DNA of 54,186 nt, counting the filler, from Sphacelaria rigidula (Eukaryota): NCBI GenBank assembly GCA_964200075.2. It is 4 parts of 4 records of this genome, joined end to end, with 100 filler letters (N's around TTAATTAATTAA, not from the genome) between each part and the next. Parts side by side here need not be neighbours in the genome. Positions count along the whole stretch, not along the records: positions 1 to 13,472 come from CAXNAA020002860.1; 3 more parts are not named here. The stretch is one strand, 5' to 3'. Position 1 is the stretch's first letter. Each line of letters opens with the position of its first letter. A program made the position numbers and the translations under genes. A model generated the notes under the pieces. The model was given only the letters and a program-made list of their open reading frames with translations. It was not told the origin of the DNA and did no database searches. This document shows positions 1 through 13,572 of this stretch, piece after piece.

Positions 1-82
1 TTTGACCATTGACCACGCATCCCTTTCGAGACGGAGCACCCATTCCTATTCCTAATAGAGACATCCCCAACATCGAACCAGG
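1..82 (+). repeat. Partial copy of the ~67-bp dispersed mini-element (TTTGACCATTGACCACGCATCCCTTTCGAGACGG) plus 3' flank
   Basis: The core recurs at 29782-29848 (-), 30678-30745 (-) and 45264-45330 (+). The 3' flank also matches 29743-29781 in reverse. Confidence 0.85.
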
Positions 83-1885
83 GGGGAAGGGGGGTATTCT
101 CAGATCAACCGAGAAGAAAAAAAAACAACCATGTGCGTTTGGAACTATCCGTAGGAAAATTCTACGCCAGGATGGAAGCCCAGATCGAAGGGAGTGACAT
201 TTGTGATGGTGCTTATTGATCAATCTGGTCACCTTGCTCAACTACAGGATGTCTACAGGTCATACTTCTGCACAGCTGTTTCGATGTTTTGAAAAAAAGC
301 GTCGCGTTTAATTGTGCTACTGCTCTCCGACTCGGGGGGCAGCTAGGCGCTTTGCTGCCGCCGGTGTGGCGTGTGGCATGCGGGACGTGGGATGATTGTT
401 GTTTGTTTTCAAACCTTGGCAGGCTTTGTCGTGGGCTGGGAGGCCTTGCCACACCAGGGTCAATTTTGATGAGAAATGACCCCAAATGGCCCATATTTTA
501 AGCCTCCGGCGGCGCCTCCAGCCCCTCCCTCCTCGCCAGCTGGGAGGGGGCATTTTGGGCTCGCAGAGCGAGCGGACTCGACTGCGCTCGCGTTTCGGGT
601 TCTCCAAAATTCATCGTTATCGAAGAGATTGTTGTAGAGATATCCATCACCATGGGAAACATAGCGCACTGCGCAAAGATTGCTAAACTAGTTTGGAGTT
701 TTCCCAAAATAAAAACAGGATAATGCTACGCTCGCATATGAGTATGTGGTCTGTACTCCGACTCTGTCGTACGTCAGCCCTTCATCAGTGGAGGGCGACA
801 ATAGTATGAAAAATACACCGTTCCCCAGAGAACGTTCTCGGCAACAATCCTTGTTCGTTTAGGAAAAACGATACACACTATAATACATGGTATATAAAAT
901 ATCAGCCAAGGGTAGAACTCTCGTACAGTTCTCCCGAATGCATTGAAAGTTCGAAGAGGTTAGCGAGGAAAATTCTGAGCGGTGCAGAGGAGATAGCTCA
1001 CGGGATGACGGAGAAGCAAAGTGAAGCATTGCCTCAGCACCGTCTACTACTGTGGAGCTGCTACCGTACCGCACAGCTACACGGCGTGGCTGCTTCGCCC
1101 ATTTGCTGTCAAATTCTGTATATCTGTACATTTCATGAAGATGTGCTTTTCCTGTAGAGTCGAGAAATGATAAGGTTGACTGGCAACTGAACATGCAAGA
1201 AAGCTCCGACAAGACACTGTCAACTGCGAACGACAGAAGATATTGCGATATTGCCATCTTCAGAAACAAAGCAGCACTTTTATGTTAGGAGGGCTGACTG
1301 CAGGACACGGTAAATCGCCAGTGTCTGTGTTGTTTTATTCCGGACTGTAGTGGTTCCACTGCTGACTGTTGTACTGTACACTACTGTCTGTATCGTGCTG
1401 TTGTACTACTGTCCCACTTGTGTCGATCGTCTGTACAACAAGTAGTAACAAAATCCAACCGCAGCGCAGAAACAGTCCGCCCGCAGAATAATCAGAGGGC
1501 CGACATACCAACCGCAGATGTAACCGCAGGCGAGACAATGCACCTACCAAAAAGCCCACCTTGTGGAACGCGCGCTCAAGTCTTCAATGGTGCTTCTCTC
1601 AGTACAAGAATTCAACTCCTCCTGCGCTTCCTGCTGCTACCGTCCGTGTGTATTGTACTAAGCCTGCTTGGGGTTCCTGGTATAACCCGGACCAAATTGC
1701 CTTTTTTTTATTTTCAATACTCTCTTGTCGATCAAACCCGTGGTCAGGCCAATTTTAAATCACAGGCCGAGAACCGGCCGTTGTTTGAAAAACATTTTTT
1801 CAAGAATGATTAATTAATCTCCGATACGAACCCCTCTTGGGCAAAGAGAGGAATTGGACTCAAAGCTTTCGGTATCGACGTGCAG

Positions 1886-1999
1886 GTAAAGGAAGAAGGC
1901 CGTTCGAACCACGCTGGCTCCGACAACAGCATCATCGTGCTTATCGTTTCGAACGCCGTGTAGTCATTCACATGAAACGCACAGTTGTAGTGTACACCG
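1886..1999 (+). CDS. Candidate exon of the large thioesterase-like-domain gene (KGRRPFEPRWLRQQHHRAYRFERRVVIHMKRTVVVYT)
   Basis: tgcag| acceptor, G|GTAACA donor, open frame, phase 1 to 1, compatible with the exon at 2574. No recognisable motif. Confidence 0.3.
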
Positions 2000-2573
2000 G
2001 TAACACGGCCACACGTTTGACTTCCACGTCACCAGAGTCACGCATGAGCTACAAGTCATTTAAAAAAATCCAACTTGCTCCTCTTGTGTCCCTGGTGCAG
2101 TATGTGAATCTAGAAAACGAAACCAATGGATCCGTGGCCGAATAATGCCGATACTGTACTGTACTGTGCTGTCCAGATTATCGGAACGGTGGCTGTCTAT
2201 CTTCTTCTGGTTCCTGCCGTCAACCATGTGTGTATCCGATTACGCCGAATCCTAGTCATACTTTGCAACGATTCGCCCGGATCAACTAACCTCAGATCCC
2301 GCTCCGTTCGATCTCCGACTTCGCCCGGATCACCCAGGACCTGAATTCATAACATTTTTTTTTCCCTCATGTTATTGTTCACTTCATGCCCGTGCTGGTC
2401 ACTTGGAACACCAACCCGCCAGCAGCCGCGCCGACAGGAAAGGGGACGTGAGAAGGGGACTTGTTGCGTCAGCACCCGTCAAGTGTCGGCAAAAGTGTCA
2501 TACCAGGGTACACGAAAGGCACGCTTATAGACGACTCATTCTTTAGCCCAACGCTTCAAGCCGCAGCTAGCAG

Positions 2574-2690
2574 GTCGAGAGTACTGCTGCATCGCGTCTT
2601 TCATGGAGATGCGAAATGTGCCAGGCACGTCCTGGTTTCTGACCGAAGATGCGCGAGACGATGCGCCTATACGCCTCTTTTGCTTTCCGG
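2574..2690 (+). CDS. Exon encoding the N-terminal strand of a type II thioesterase-like (GrsT/TEII) alpha/beta-hydrolase domain
   Basis: Translates ...GTSWFLTEDARDDAPIRLFCFP, matching the TEII start W-F-x8-10-RLFCFP. Donor CCGG|GTAACA at 2691. The acceptor could instead be at 2531 or 2567. Confidence 0.55.
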
Positions 2691-2878
2691 GTAACAGAGG
2701 TTCGGTTCTAGGTGAGATACAATCGGGGAAGGCGGTTGCGTTGTGTCATAGTTGCCGGTTTTGCTTTGGCCCAACCGAACAAGATGACAAACATGTGTCC
2801 ATGAAGCCTGTACCCAAATCGTGCATTTTCAGATGAAAAACTGTAGCTGCACCTGCGGAGTAGAATGGCTGCATACAG

Positions 2879-5800
2879 CATGCATCATAGCACCAACAAT
2901 CAACACACTGGGTGAAGATGTGTTCCACGATGTCATCGAGATCGAGAGTCCTTACCGTAGTGAGGTACCGCCTTTTCGAGATGAACAATCTCGGCTGGAA
3001 TAGAGTTCCTAGATCCCATGTTTGTAAACGAGACGTATTCACGGTACGCAAATAACGACAGACTACAGACTAGTGTCGTTTATGACGTACACGTAATCTC
3101 CGTCGACCGTCGACACATTTCAACCGACAGTTTTTCTTGCAGTAATTTGATTGTTCTTTTGTGGGCCTGTGTAGTCGCTCTGTCGTTCTGATGCGCGCTT
3201 TGTACCCTGTGCTGTAGGGGGTGAGCCATGTTTGGCCATACTTGGCACTGGGCCCACAGATAGGGGTGAGATTTTCTAGTGGAGAGGTTTTTCGACCGAT
3301 CATAGTCTTGAAATACACCAAAATGCGGCGAGCTTTCTTCAATCAGACGAGAAAAACGAACGTGGAATATGAGTCCGAAAGCAGATTTGATTGGCCCACA
3401 CATCGCGCCGCTACGAGACAGACAGCTGCTATAATTAATCACCGAGGATACAGCCCCTCCATGCTGGCACAGTTTCCTTGCCCCAACCTGCACGCACCCG
3501 CCTTGGGTGTCTTCCCCGATCGCAGCACCCGATTATATCTTGAGGATTAAACAAGACGTAACAGACGGCTGCACAGCGGTCACGTGACGAATGACGATGA
3601 TTTCAACCTCTTCTGTTTGAACAACACTTTGATCCCACCTCAGTTCTGTGCAGACCGAAACACGGCATGCAGCGGTATAACTGTTCAGGCACTCTCCAGC
3701 GCACATCGCACCGTGATCGTCGTAGAGTGTTGAGATACACAACAGCAAAGCGTCAACTACAGCATAGAGATGATGGGTTTGGGAAGCGCCTTGTTCGTTT
3801 GACTAGAGACGAAGCAGCCTACACACCATGAAGGTTTCAACAGTGTGAAGAGTACAGAGATCACTGCGCGTGCCGACAACATGACGGGGCCAGCTGACGG
3901 TGATTTTTGAACGAAGAGTGGAGATGCCATTGTTGATTCGAAGAGTTATGCCGGATGTGATGGCATCAGATTTTTGGCCGCGTATCTTCAGATTTTGAAA
4001 TATTTCGTGTTACACCCATCTTATTATGGGTACAGATTATTCAATTTTTTGGGTGAAATAGTCCGCGGCCAAGATTCGTGGCCCGAGTCCCACAGCGAGC
4101 ACAGATTTTTGAACACGGATTTCTGCATTTTGGCCGGCAGACCGTCACAATGGGGTCACGCCGCGTTTTTCTTTCATGTGCCGGCGTGCAAGCTGCGCCT
4201 TTGTGAGTGATCCTGTCGACCACAGCCAACAACACACGAGGCAACCACACGCTGCACCCGACGCGCGATGGAGCCCGCTTCGCGCGTACGAGACAGAAAA
4301 CGACACCCCTTGCTAGTCGGTCTCCGGGCAAAAGCGTTGCAGAGACGTCGAGAGAGGAGACATGTGATGCGCACGTCGCTGTCTGGCGGGTGGTTCTGCG
4401 ATCCTCCGATGAAAGATTCAACTTTAGCAGCAACAATGAAGGCATGGTCGCTTACTCGTGTGCTCGAAAGAACCGACACTGGTGTTTGTGGGGTGGTGAT
4501 GATCTCTCTGCGGCAGTGATGCTACATCACTTCAGCACATCACAACACACGAGACACCTGCGGGACTGTGAGCTTTTGGAACACGCTACGCATAAAACTC
4601 GAGCCCTGGTGGGGGTATACAAATCAGAACAATATGGTGTAAGAAGTTGTGTGCTGCCACAAGATCGTTCCCAAACTCAATTTTTCCGCGGATTTATTCC
4701 ATCAGGATGAAAATTCTGTGGCCTTAAAATCTGTTGCCATAACATCCGGCCTTTAGGCGCTGAAATTTTGACATGACATTTTAATCATCAACCCGCGCAA
4801 CCCTACTGGGGGTGTAGAGTAAGAAAAGAAAAACAAGAAGTCGGAGCGAGTTGGAGCTTAAGCAAAAAGAGGAAAAATGTTATAAATTCCTTGAAAATGG
4901 ATGAAAACGACGACAACGCTCCAACACATACGGGCACTCGCATCAACGACATACTGGTGAAATTTCGGCCAAAATAACTCAATATGGACTTTGCGTCGCA
5001 AGTGTCGTGTGGCACGGCCGCACCCCTTGAACCCTTTTAGAACTCCCCCCTCCTGTCACTGGGCCAGACGCCTCATTATTTCAAGGTCTGCAAAGAAGAA
5101 AATATGTAAATACGAAAGACCTACGGCAACCATTTTTACTCTGAAGGACCAGAGAAGACTCCAGGATCATACGTCATGGATGCACCGAAAATGAAGCCTC
5201 GGAGCGGTCGGGTTGGGTTTGTCCAGTAATAACACGCAACGGGCGATTTATGTCCAATTGTATGCATCTACAGAACTCTCGCAGAACAGTATAAACTCAC
5301 ATATGTGGTCTTCGTCAGTGGGGAAAACGTCAATGTGAGTTCGGTCCGCGAATGTGCCACATCGCTATACTTGAACTTAGACTGGTGCACTAGTATACTT
5401 GAAATTAGACCACTGCAGCGTTTTGGTGGGCTGCATCAAGAGTTGGCGAGCATAGGAAGCCACACTATACGGCGACAATGATGAGACCGAGCAGGTGGAA
5501 ATCCCGTCACCACATGTGGAAGCGCTGAGGAGCGACCCACATGCAATTAACGTTCAGCTGGAAGAGGTGGCTGAGAAGCACGGTCAGGATGCTGCCGGAC
5601 GTGTCGCAAAAGAAGCTGCAAGAGCGGTTGGAGTAGCCCATTGCCCCCCGGCGCACACCGCCTACCACACTCGCCTATTAAACGTCAACACAGTAACCCC
5701 GGCAAGAAAAAATGCTGCGAGGCACTCAGGATTATGTAGGAGACACTAGGTGGACGTGATAGCAAGCGTCCGGACATGCGACATACTAGCAAACGGCGGA

Positions 5801-8800
5801 CAACCGACCGGGACAGCCTTTCGGAACCAGCCTAACCCAACTACAACCACAGTCAGTAAACACACTTCACTACAGTAGTCCAGCATAACTGAACAACGAT
5901 GTTACGGTCTTCCATGCAAGAATACAGAACGTGTGTAATATTATTGCATGAAACCCCAACTCTGCCCACGAGGACAGTCGGTCCGAACGCGATAGCGCCA
6001 GCCGGAGTCATCAACCTCGCGCAGCACAAAGTACGGCTGTGCAACGTTCAGGCATGATCAAACCGCAGTACAGAGGTGGCGTCGTGGAAACGTACGGCAC
6101 GAAGCGCAGGATGCTATATACCGTAAGATCACAACCTATGAAGTGACGATCTGTGTCAGATATGCCGAAGTGACGGCCCCGTTTATGGTGCACCAGGGGT
6201 ATGTATAACGGCGGGGTACATGGCATTCGCGTCGTTATGGAATAATCAAACTGCGGTATGGTATCGTATAAAAGCGCACGACTGAGTACAGTAACGTGCA
6301 TAACGTGAGTTTACTCTTAAAAGAAGCTGAACATATCATGATCACACGCAGTACAGAGGAGCAGATGAACATATCCCCACAGGGCCTGACGGTGACTGTC
6401 TCCGATTACGGACAGCAGACGGGGGCATAACTGATGTAAATGTGCCGTCGGCGTTGCCTTTGTCAACGCAACTCAGGCGCAGGCTTGTAATGATGCGGCA
6501 CAAAGCCTCAACTGCAAGGGGAGGGGCGTGCAGGTGCGGCGTGAAGATTGCTTCACGGAGGCCTGCCGCGCACCCTGTCCGGGATTAGAAAACATCGACG
6601 GGTCGAATAATTCGTCAAAACCGTCAAATAGTAACATAGGCAACCTTATTTTCTTCCACCTTTCATTCGCACGGGTCTGAAAAACACGCTTTGGGCGAAT
6701 CGTTTGCTCTAAGGCTGTAGAAACCATTTTTTGCCCGAAGAATATCTACAGTGAATCGTCAATTTTCCATCAACGGTTCCGAAAGGGTTCATCCAAGCGA
6801 TACAAGAGACTCCAGTTATGGAGGTCATTAGTTCAAGTCCCCACGGGTTCTCTTTTTTTCCGTCCGTCGTCAAGGTAATATATTATGCAGGACATTTTTT
6901 TCTCTTTTTTCTTCTTTTCATTCAGCGATGGTGCCGTGTGTTATCAGGTTGGTCTGCAGTTCATATCGATATGCTGAAGTCGCGCCGGTTTGGGAAAGTT
7001 GAGCAGTTGTGGTACGCGCTGGGCCAGCCTAAAAACATATTTGAGCTCTTGAAGCAATATCTCATCGACAAAGGCGAGATGGGCCGTGATCCGAATATCT
7101 TATTGATCGCCTTATCAAGGGGAAGGTGCCCATCTGCTAAAAAATTTGGGCCAATATTTTCTCTTCGTTAAAACCTCATGTCTAGTAATTCCTATACTGT
7201 ACGGAGATAGCGCCCACACTAAAATATATATGAAACTCCGAACGATACATTCAGCGGATGATGACGATTTTTGGTGTGGACCTTCCCTGGAGCACGGGGA
7301 GACGATAGATACCCTCACCTTCACGTAATTGATAATCCATCTCGAGATGTGGCGCACATGAGGTTCCATACTAAAATAAAAATATTACGAGCAGAGACAC
7401 TAGATGCCCTAAATCTGGATATCGCGTCTCAGTTTTGAGAGTTGTGCTATGAAATTATGTAGGAGGAACCGCTAGTGCATAATGAGATAAACAAGATAGT
7501 TTTTGTACCGTTTTTTCTTCTTTTTGTGTTTTTTTCGTGTTTCTAGTGGAGTTTTGAGGAGAAATGAACGTTGCGCTTGGGCCTTTTTCTCAAGTTTTTA
7601 GCTCAGTTTTTATAAGTGTGATTTGAAACTTTGCATGAAGAACCACGAAGGTGTGCCGAACAAAAAAAGAGCCTTCAATTTTTTTTGGGGGGGAAAGGTC
7701 AGGGCGTTCTCGTGAAGAAAAAGTCGTTACCATACTAGAACGCCCTAAACCAGCAAAAAAAAATCAACCTGACCTACTGAGTTTTGTAAATTATGCCCTA
7801 GCGAAGGCCCACACAAAGTTTCAATACACAAAAACCAAACGTGGACCGGTGAGTGGCCTGGGAAATACTGATCCGAATGTATACTGACCAGGTTTGTAAG
7901 GGCGAATGCGCCGGCAAATATTTAGAGTTGGAGCGTAAAATTTGGTACGGACAATGCATAGGGCGCAAGAAAAAAATTGCGAGTGTTTCATCTCCGCTAC
8001 AACTGCCGCAGTTGCTTTACTGTATTCGCGTTTGTATCTATGAAAATTGAGTTTTGAACGCCCTCCCATCAGCGTCGGTCTAAATCGGCTTCGATTTCAC
8101 TTGGAAGAAGTGTGCATGATCCAGATGGACTACGCTCGCGGCCAAGGGTTTAATACACAACAGAATGAAGTGGATGATAATCTTGAGCTTCGCACGGTAA
8201 CGCTCTGTCCTCGAGATGGTTGTCCACAATGTTTTGACAATGTATGATGGTCTAATCTGCACGCATTGGGGCGTCAATGGGCGATCTAACGCTATCCTAG
8301 CCGAGATAAGACTGTGCAAACCCGGGGATGCTTCAACCTTGTCCCCGGTTATGTAGATGTAATTAGTGTAAGGCCGTGTCTTATAAAAACAAATGTTGTC
8401 GGAAACCGTGTGATCGAATCGAATTCGCTCATTCCTGATACGTCCACGGCATTTATGTTCTCAAATCATCGAAAAAAATTAAAGCCGTGGGCATATCAGA
8501 TACGAGCGAATTGGATTCCACCGCACGTTTTCGACACGAATTTACTTTGATAAGACAGCATGAGTAACACCAATCCCTAACATGACCGTGTTGCACGTAA
8601 GTTTTGCGTCTATTTTGCCGTAACGACCATCACTGCTACGGACAATAAGGAGAACAGCCAGTGCTGGCTGTTCGCTCAAAACTTCCATCACGAGAAGACA
8701 CGCCATTCGCGATATTTAGTCCAAGTGTCGGTTCATAAGTGGACGCTATGGTCCACCACTGTCGTATTTGGAGATGTGTCACTCCTTCCGCCATTGACAT

Positions 8801-8966
8801 CTCAGCCCCGACGCGTAGGACATGGAATTTCAAGTACGTCGAGATTCCTACTCTTATCCTCAGCACCTCTGAGTTTTGCTCTCTTGAGACAGTGCCGCTG
8901 GCCGCAGCTTTTGCCCGAATATTTATCTATGACGCACGGCATATGTTTAGCAACGGTCTTTTCCAA
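2879..8966 (+). CDS. Chain of candidate internal exons of the same gene: 2879-2964, 5456-5582, 7255-7324, 8073-8196, 8893-8966
   Basis: Each has AG|...|GT ends and an open frame, and the phases chain 1-0-1-2-0-2 into the exon at 11381. The last exon (CRWPQLLPEYLSMTHGICL) loosely resembles the TEII W-x-x-L-L-P segment. I chose boundaries by hand, so the phase agreement may be partly coincidental. Confidence 0.35.
7600..7990 (+). repeat. Truncated copy of the foldback-type dispersed repeat family seen at 40716-41780
   Basis: Shares GGGCGTTCTCGTGAA...CGTTACCATACTA.AACGCCCT, CACAAAGTTTCAA...CCAAACGTGG and GCGAATGCGCCGG..AATATTTAGAGTTGGA...AAATTTGGTACGGACAATGCAT with 40740-40820 and 41170-41530. 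Confidence 0.75.
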
Positions 8967-11380
8967 GTAGGCAGTGTCTGTGCATCGAAAACAACTACGG
9001 CTCGGGTCCCGATAGAGTGACTCGTATTCACAGGAGGTTTTTATGCCCCTACTCAGAACATGTCGTTCTTCCCGAACGGCTGGAGTATGCCGCTATTCCT
9101 GAATAGCGGCAAGTATGCTGCTGGTCGGTATGAAAGCGCCACGTACGTGATGAGAAAAGAGTAGCTCTCTACACACAGTATTGTTGATAGCGCCGTGCCT
9201 CCCCCACGTTGCGTAGTACGCATAGTACTACTGGAGTAGCAACGCATCTGTACACGAAGCCTTTGAGCAATGCTGTAGGGTTTTGGCATGAAGTGCTCAG
9301 CGGTGCGTCCCGGCGGGGCCATTTCCCAAGTGCTGTATTGCTGATATCGCAGTGCAGCAGTACTGTACTCCACAGTATCGAGTACAGCACTTTTTGTAGT
9401 TGAAGACTCCTACAGTACTGCATCACACTACCGCAGCAATGTTGCAATGTACGGAGTTCCCACACACGTGAAATGAGTACAAAACAGAGTAGTCGGCATA
9501 CAGAAGAAATGTACACATGGAATTACGTGGAGCGACGCAAAAGAGAATCGAAACGAACGGGTGGTGGGTGCCAGCAACTAGGTATGAATATGTGTGTTTG
9601 ATTTGCGCGCGTCTGCATGAGGAGGGGGCTCCGAAAATACAGTGGCGGTCTCGATATACCGGCGAAATGCCGCTATATCGGGGTTTACTGGCGCCAAGCG
9701 ACCTTGGCGCCGCTGTTGAGGGCATTCCGCTTTTCAGGATGCCGCTATATCGAGACCTCCACTGTGTTGCGAAATCCCCGGCGAAACAGTCAGGAAAAAA
9801 TCCCTGACCTGGTGGACGACCACCCAAGTACTTGAAGTGGTCTGATCAGAAGATTGTGTTTTAACGTTTTTCTCGGGTGGTTTCGCAGACACCAATCACG
9901 GGACGTGAAAAACCACCCAAGTTTGCACATGGTGATCTCTCTGTCGCGAGAACATATCCCCTTAGGCAATTCCAGTACATGTGCAGTTAGATACCTTCAT
10001 CAACAAGGTCCTCCTGCGTGTCAGTAGAGGCTGCTATCGGCTGGGAAAAAGAGGGTACAACTAGTGGTTGTAGAACGACAAAGTGTGGAGAGCATGCTCT
10101 TGACGTAACTGGGATACCGTAACTCCAGTCCCTTATGTAACTCCCGCGAGAATCATTCCACAATTGTTACATTGTAAATCGTGAAAAATCGCGTGTTTTT
10201 TCTGTTGCTGCTATCTTCGCGTTCGGATCCGATTGAAACAGAGTTTGCAGGATGGGCCGAGTCCCTGGACGCGGAGAACGTGGAGTGTTTTTGCGTCCAA
10301 GCTCCAGGGAAGGGGACCCGCAAGTGAGACACAAATAGCACACAGGTGTAGAGGGCAACCGATCATTCCTGCGCCAGGGCCAAGATGCAACCCCTGTTAG
10401 TTTTGACTGTCAATTTGCCGTGATGTGATTTTTTTCAATCGGCAGCGCTCTCCTATAGTGATGAGTGAGCTATATCAGCCATGACGTGTCGTCACCAATC
10501 TTATCGTGCTCAAGTGGGTCTTCGGTACCAATCCGTGACAGGAAGTTTTGCAACGGGAATACGGATACTTGTTTCTCTACCCTAATGATTCTAGTTTAGA
10601 AGTGGGAAATTGGGCTACCGTTTCTGATTTCCTCCGGCTGTCGTGGAGAAGCACATCGCACACGTGGCCACGACATTTCACCTATCCGTACAAGGAAGCC
10701 TTGGGGTGCCTTGCGGTAGTGGTGAAACCACTCTGCTACAGAACGATATCATCCGTAGCCTTCTTTGTGTGAGGGGTCGATGAGCAGTTCCGGTGCTTCA
10801 CAGGTACGCGGAGGTTCGGTGTTTCCGCTGCCGCTGGCAACGACGGCGGGCCCTAAGGGCTCGACGTAAGGTACACTTTACCGCTGCACAGCACCGGTAC
10901 TGAAGTATATTGCACTGTAGTGTAGTGTACTGTACCCTTGTATTTGCTGTGGGCATGAGAGTGCCTCGTGAAGTCCCTAGCATACGCTTCGGTCTGTGAG
11001 CTTTGGAAGATACAGTATAACTCGTGTGATGTCTAGCGTAAGCTTTGAAGAACTGTTTGAAGAGGAATCTTTCCTCAAAACTTCCGTGCCTCTCAAAATA
11101 TTGTGGTTCCCCTTCATGAGGGTCCAGTGTATCTAGTTCTTGTATTCGACGTGTACTGTGTGGGTGATATTCAGCGCACGAGTGTTGAATTGCGTCACAT
11201 ATGATAACCCCATTAACGAGTACATCAAGCGTATAAAAGGGTGCTCCCTGTGCTGAGTATCGCCAGCTTCCGACCCCCCTCTCCGCCCCGCTCCCGCCTA
11301 CGTGCCGTGCTTTTGCCTCGATGACTGTGCTTTTTTCGTGTCGGGGGTGTGCGCGGCATGTGCTAACCATGGATGCGCAG

Positions 11381-11489
11381 ATACGAAGCCGCACTCGATG
11401 GCGCTGCCAACGTAGATGCGCTTGTGTCAGACCTGATCAAATGCATGGACAAGCCCTTCGCCTTCTTCGGCCGGGAAGTGGGATGCCAG
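11381..11489 (+). CDS. Thioesterase-like exon containing the nucleophile-elbow region (YEAALDGAANVDALVSDLIKCMDKPFAFFGREVGCQ)
   Basis: Branch point TGCTAAC at 11361, gcag| acceptor, CAG|GTCAGT donor. DKPFAFFG-REVG aligns with the TEII motif DrPFAFFG-HSMG. Confidence 0.7.
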
Positions 11490-11995
11490 GTCAGTCGCTT
11501 TTGCTCCCTCCTTCACTCGCTTGTTCTTCTGTTCGACACCATTCATTACTTCTTCGCGAGGCAAGGAAGATATGATGTCGCCGTCTTGTCTTGATCAACA
11601 GATACATGTTTTCAATGGGTTGACATGGTCTATGACCTAGACACGAGCTACATACCGACCCGAATTTTGAAGAGGGGTGCTCAACTTCGGACGTGAGAAG
11701 AGTCAGCGCGCCGTTCCTGGAGGCATGTTGACAACTCAACATTCCTCGTGTCTACGGTGACAGATTGCGCGTTGTGTAGAAGCGCTTTTTTGGGGGAGGG
11801 GGGTGTAGTCACGCGACGATGTACTTGTATTGCTATTGAAACTCTCCTGTTGAGGGCAGTCACGTCCAAGAATAATCTCACAGGCGGTTGACTTCGGGTT
11901 GCTGGGGTGTCTACGCAGGCGATGCACGCGTGTGTTGTAACCCCTGCTCCCTCTTCCCGATACCCTTGTCTATCTGGCACGTGCTCTCCCCTTAG

Positions 11996-12085
11996 TTGTC
12001 CTTGGCCGTGGCTCTGGAGCTGCAAGCGCGCGGTTTGCCGCTGCCTCGGAGGCTAATGGTGGAGAGCCCCCCTGTGCTCATGCAG
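11996..12085 (+). CDS. Next thioesterase-like exon (LSLAVALELQARGLPLPRRLMVESPPVLMQ)
   Basis: Pyrimidine tract then ttag|, donor CAG|GTAATC, 90 nt, phase 0 to 0, in frame with 11381-11489. Matches the TEII helix and strand after the nucleophile (LAFEVARRL..G.P.P..LFVS). Confidence 0.7.
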
Positions 12086-12637
12086 GTAATCTCTTCCTTT
12101 ATTTTTGTCGCACTCGCAACCCCCCCTCCCTCGTCCCGTTGCCTATGATGAAAGTTTTGAGCAGCGTCTCAAGGTGATCCGGAAAAGAGCAGATTCCTCA
12201 TGCTTCTGTACACAATGGACCATATGCGGGAGATGGCACCTTTGAGCGACTTCTTCTGAGAATCTAAAACAAAATAAAAATAACGTTGAGAGGGAGATAC
12301 CGAGGAAAAGGGGAAAACATGGGAAGACCCCCCCCGAGCTGGTCAGAGGTGTGGTGAAACAAACAAACCAGATTTGCCAATCAAGAAAGAATTCGAGGGA
12401 CGTCCTAAAAAGTTAAACAAGGGAGTATACCTGAGGACAAGATACGGGTGGCAAGCGAGAGTCAAAACATCACCAAGTACACACGGAGAGAAGAACAAAA
12501 TTCACCGAAGACGGCAAATGCACTAGCGAGCACACTACGTGCTGGGCCAATCGATACTATTCGGTGACCTTCGATAGACAGAGAGAGGGAAGTCTAGTCG
12601 TCACACAACATAACTTCCCTTTCATTGCGCGCGTCAG

Positions 12638-13118
12638 TCATGTTCACGCGCGTGATGGTCCAGCTTGTCATGCGAACCTTATCGACGGGGGCGGTGCAGG
12701 GGTTTTTCGTACACCGCTTAGCTGTATTTGACGAAGTACATCCAGGCATGGCGACTATGGCGGTTGACGCCGGGGGTGATATCGCCAATGCTTTTGATGG
12801 CGCCAACGAGACGGAACGGAGGTCTCAACGTGCTTATACCTTCAGCCTACCGCCTCCACCTTTACCATATCCCCCTTTATGCTTGAGTAGCGCATGTCAA
12901 AGATTGCCGTCTTCTTTTCCGCCACGACCCGACCAAAAGTAGCACAGACTTCGACGATGGTCGTCATCATTCTTGCCAGCGGGTGGGTGATGAACTGACG
13001 TGTTCCATGTGCGACCCTTTCCCACTTCCGCAGGTATAAACAAACGCAGATTTCCCCCTCTGAGTTATGCAATGAAAACTGTTTCATATTGTCATTATTT
13101 TCCCAGATTGCGTCGCAG
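12638..13118 (+). CDS. Two further candidate exons (12638-12821, 13034-13118)
   Basis: AG/GT ends and open frames, phase-compatible with each other. The second has a perfect CAG|GTGAGT donor. They are not directly in phase with 12085, so an exon is missing or lost. Confidence 0.35.
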
Positions 13119-13472
13119 GTGAGTTTGTTACGAAGAAATGGATCATCAGTCCCACAGCTCGTCCACTTTCGTCAAAGCAGGATGCTGGCCCTGGTTGTCA
13201 CCTCTTTGAACGATGAAAGTCAGGAAACAAAATCAGACTTTCGGTCGGGATTCGATGCGCATAATCGGCCCAAACTAGTTTCGAGTATCAGTTGGACCCC
13301 TGGGTTGGCAACGGTATTCCGTACGGACGGTGGATGTACTTGCGGCCGTGGCCCCGGCTTCATGCGGATGTGTATTATTATTATTTTTATTATCATTATT
13401 ATTATTTCCGCACATTAGCCCGATCTCGCGAACCCGTGGTCACAGACGTAGGCTCGCCTTCCCAATACCGTC

Positions 13473-13572
13473 NNNNNNNNNNNNNNNNNNNNNNNNNNNN
13501 NNNNNNNNNNNNNNNNTTAATTAATTAANNNNNNNNNNNNNNNNNNNNNNNNNNNNNNNNNNNNNNNNNNNN
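13473..13572. other. Assembly gap with artificial N44-TTAATTAATTAA-N44 linker
   Basis: 100-bp N block containing a six-frame-stop linker, identical at 27045 and 40616. Confidence 0.97.

Noticed and set aside
500-600. GC-rich short hairpins (GCGAGCG...CGCTCGC) like a Helitron end
   Set aside because: No correctly placed CTRR terminus and no second copy in the window.
10755-10803. In-frame TGA in a candidate exon before 11381 (possible selenocysteine)
   Set aside because: The exon itself is uncertain, there is no Sec context or SECIS evidence, and nearby segments show ordinary decay.
13473-13572. TTAATTAATTAA palindrome inside N runs (also 27045, 40616)
   Set aside because: Identical artificial scaffolding linker, not biological.
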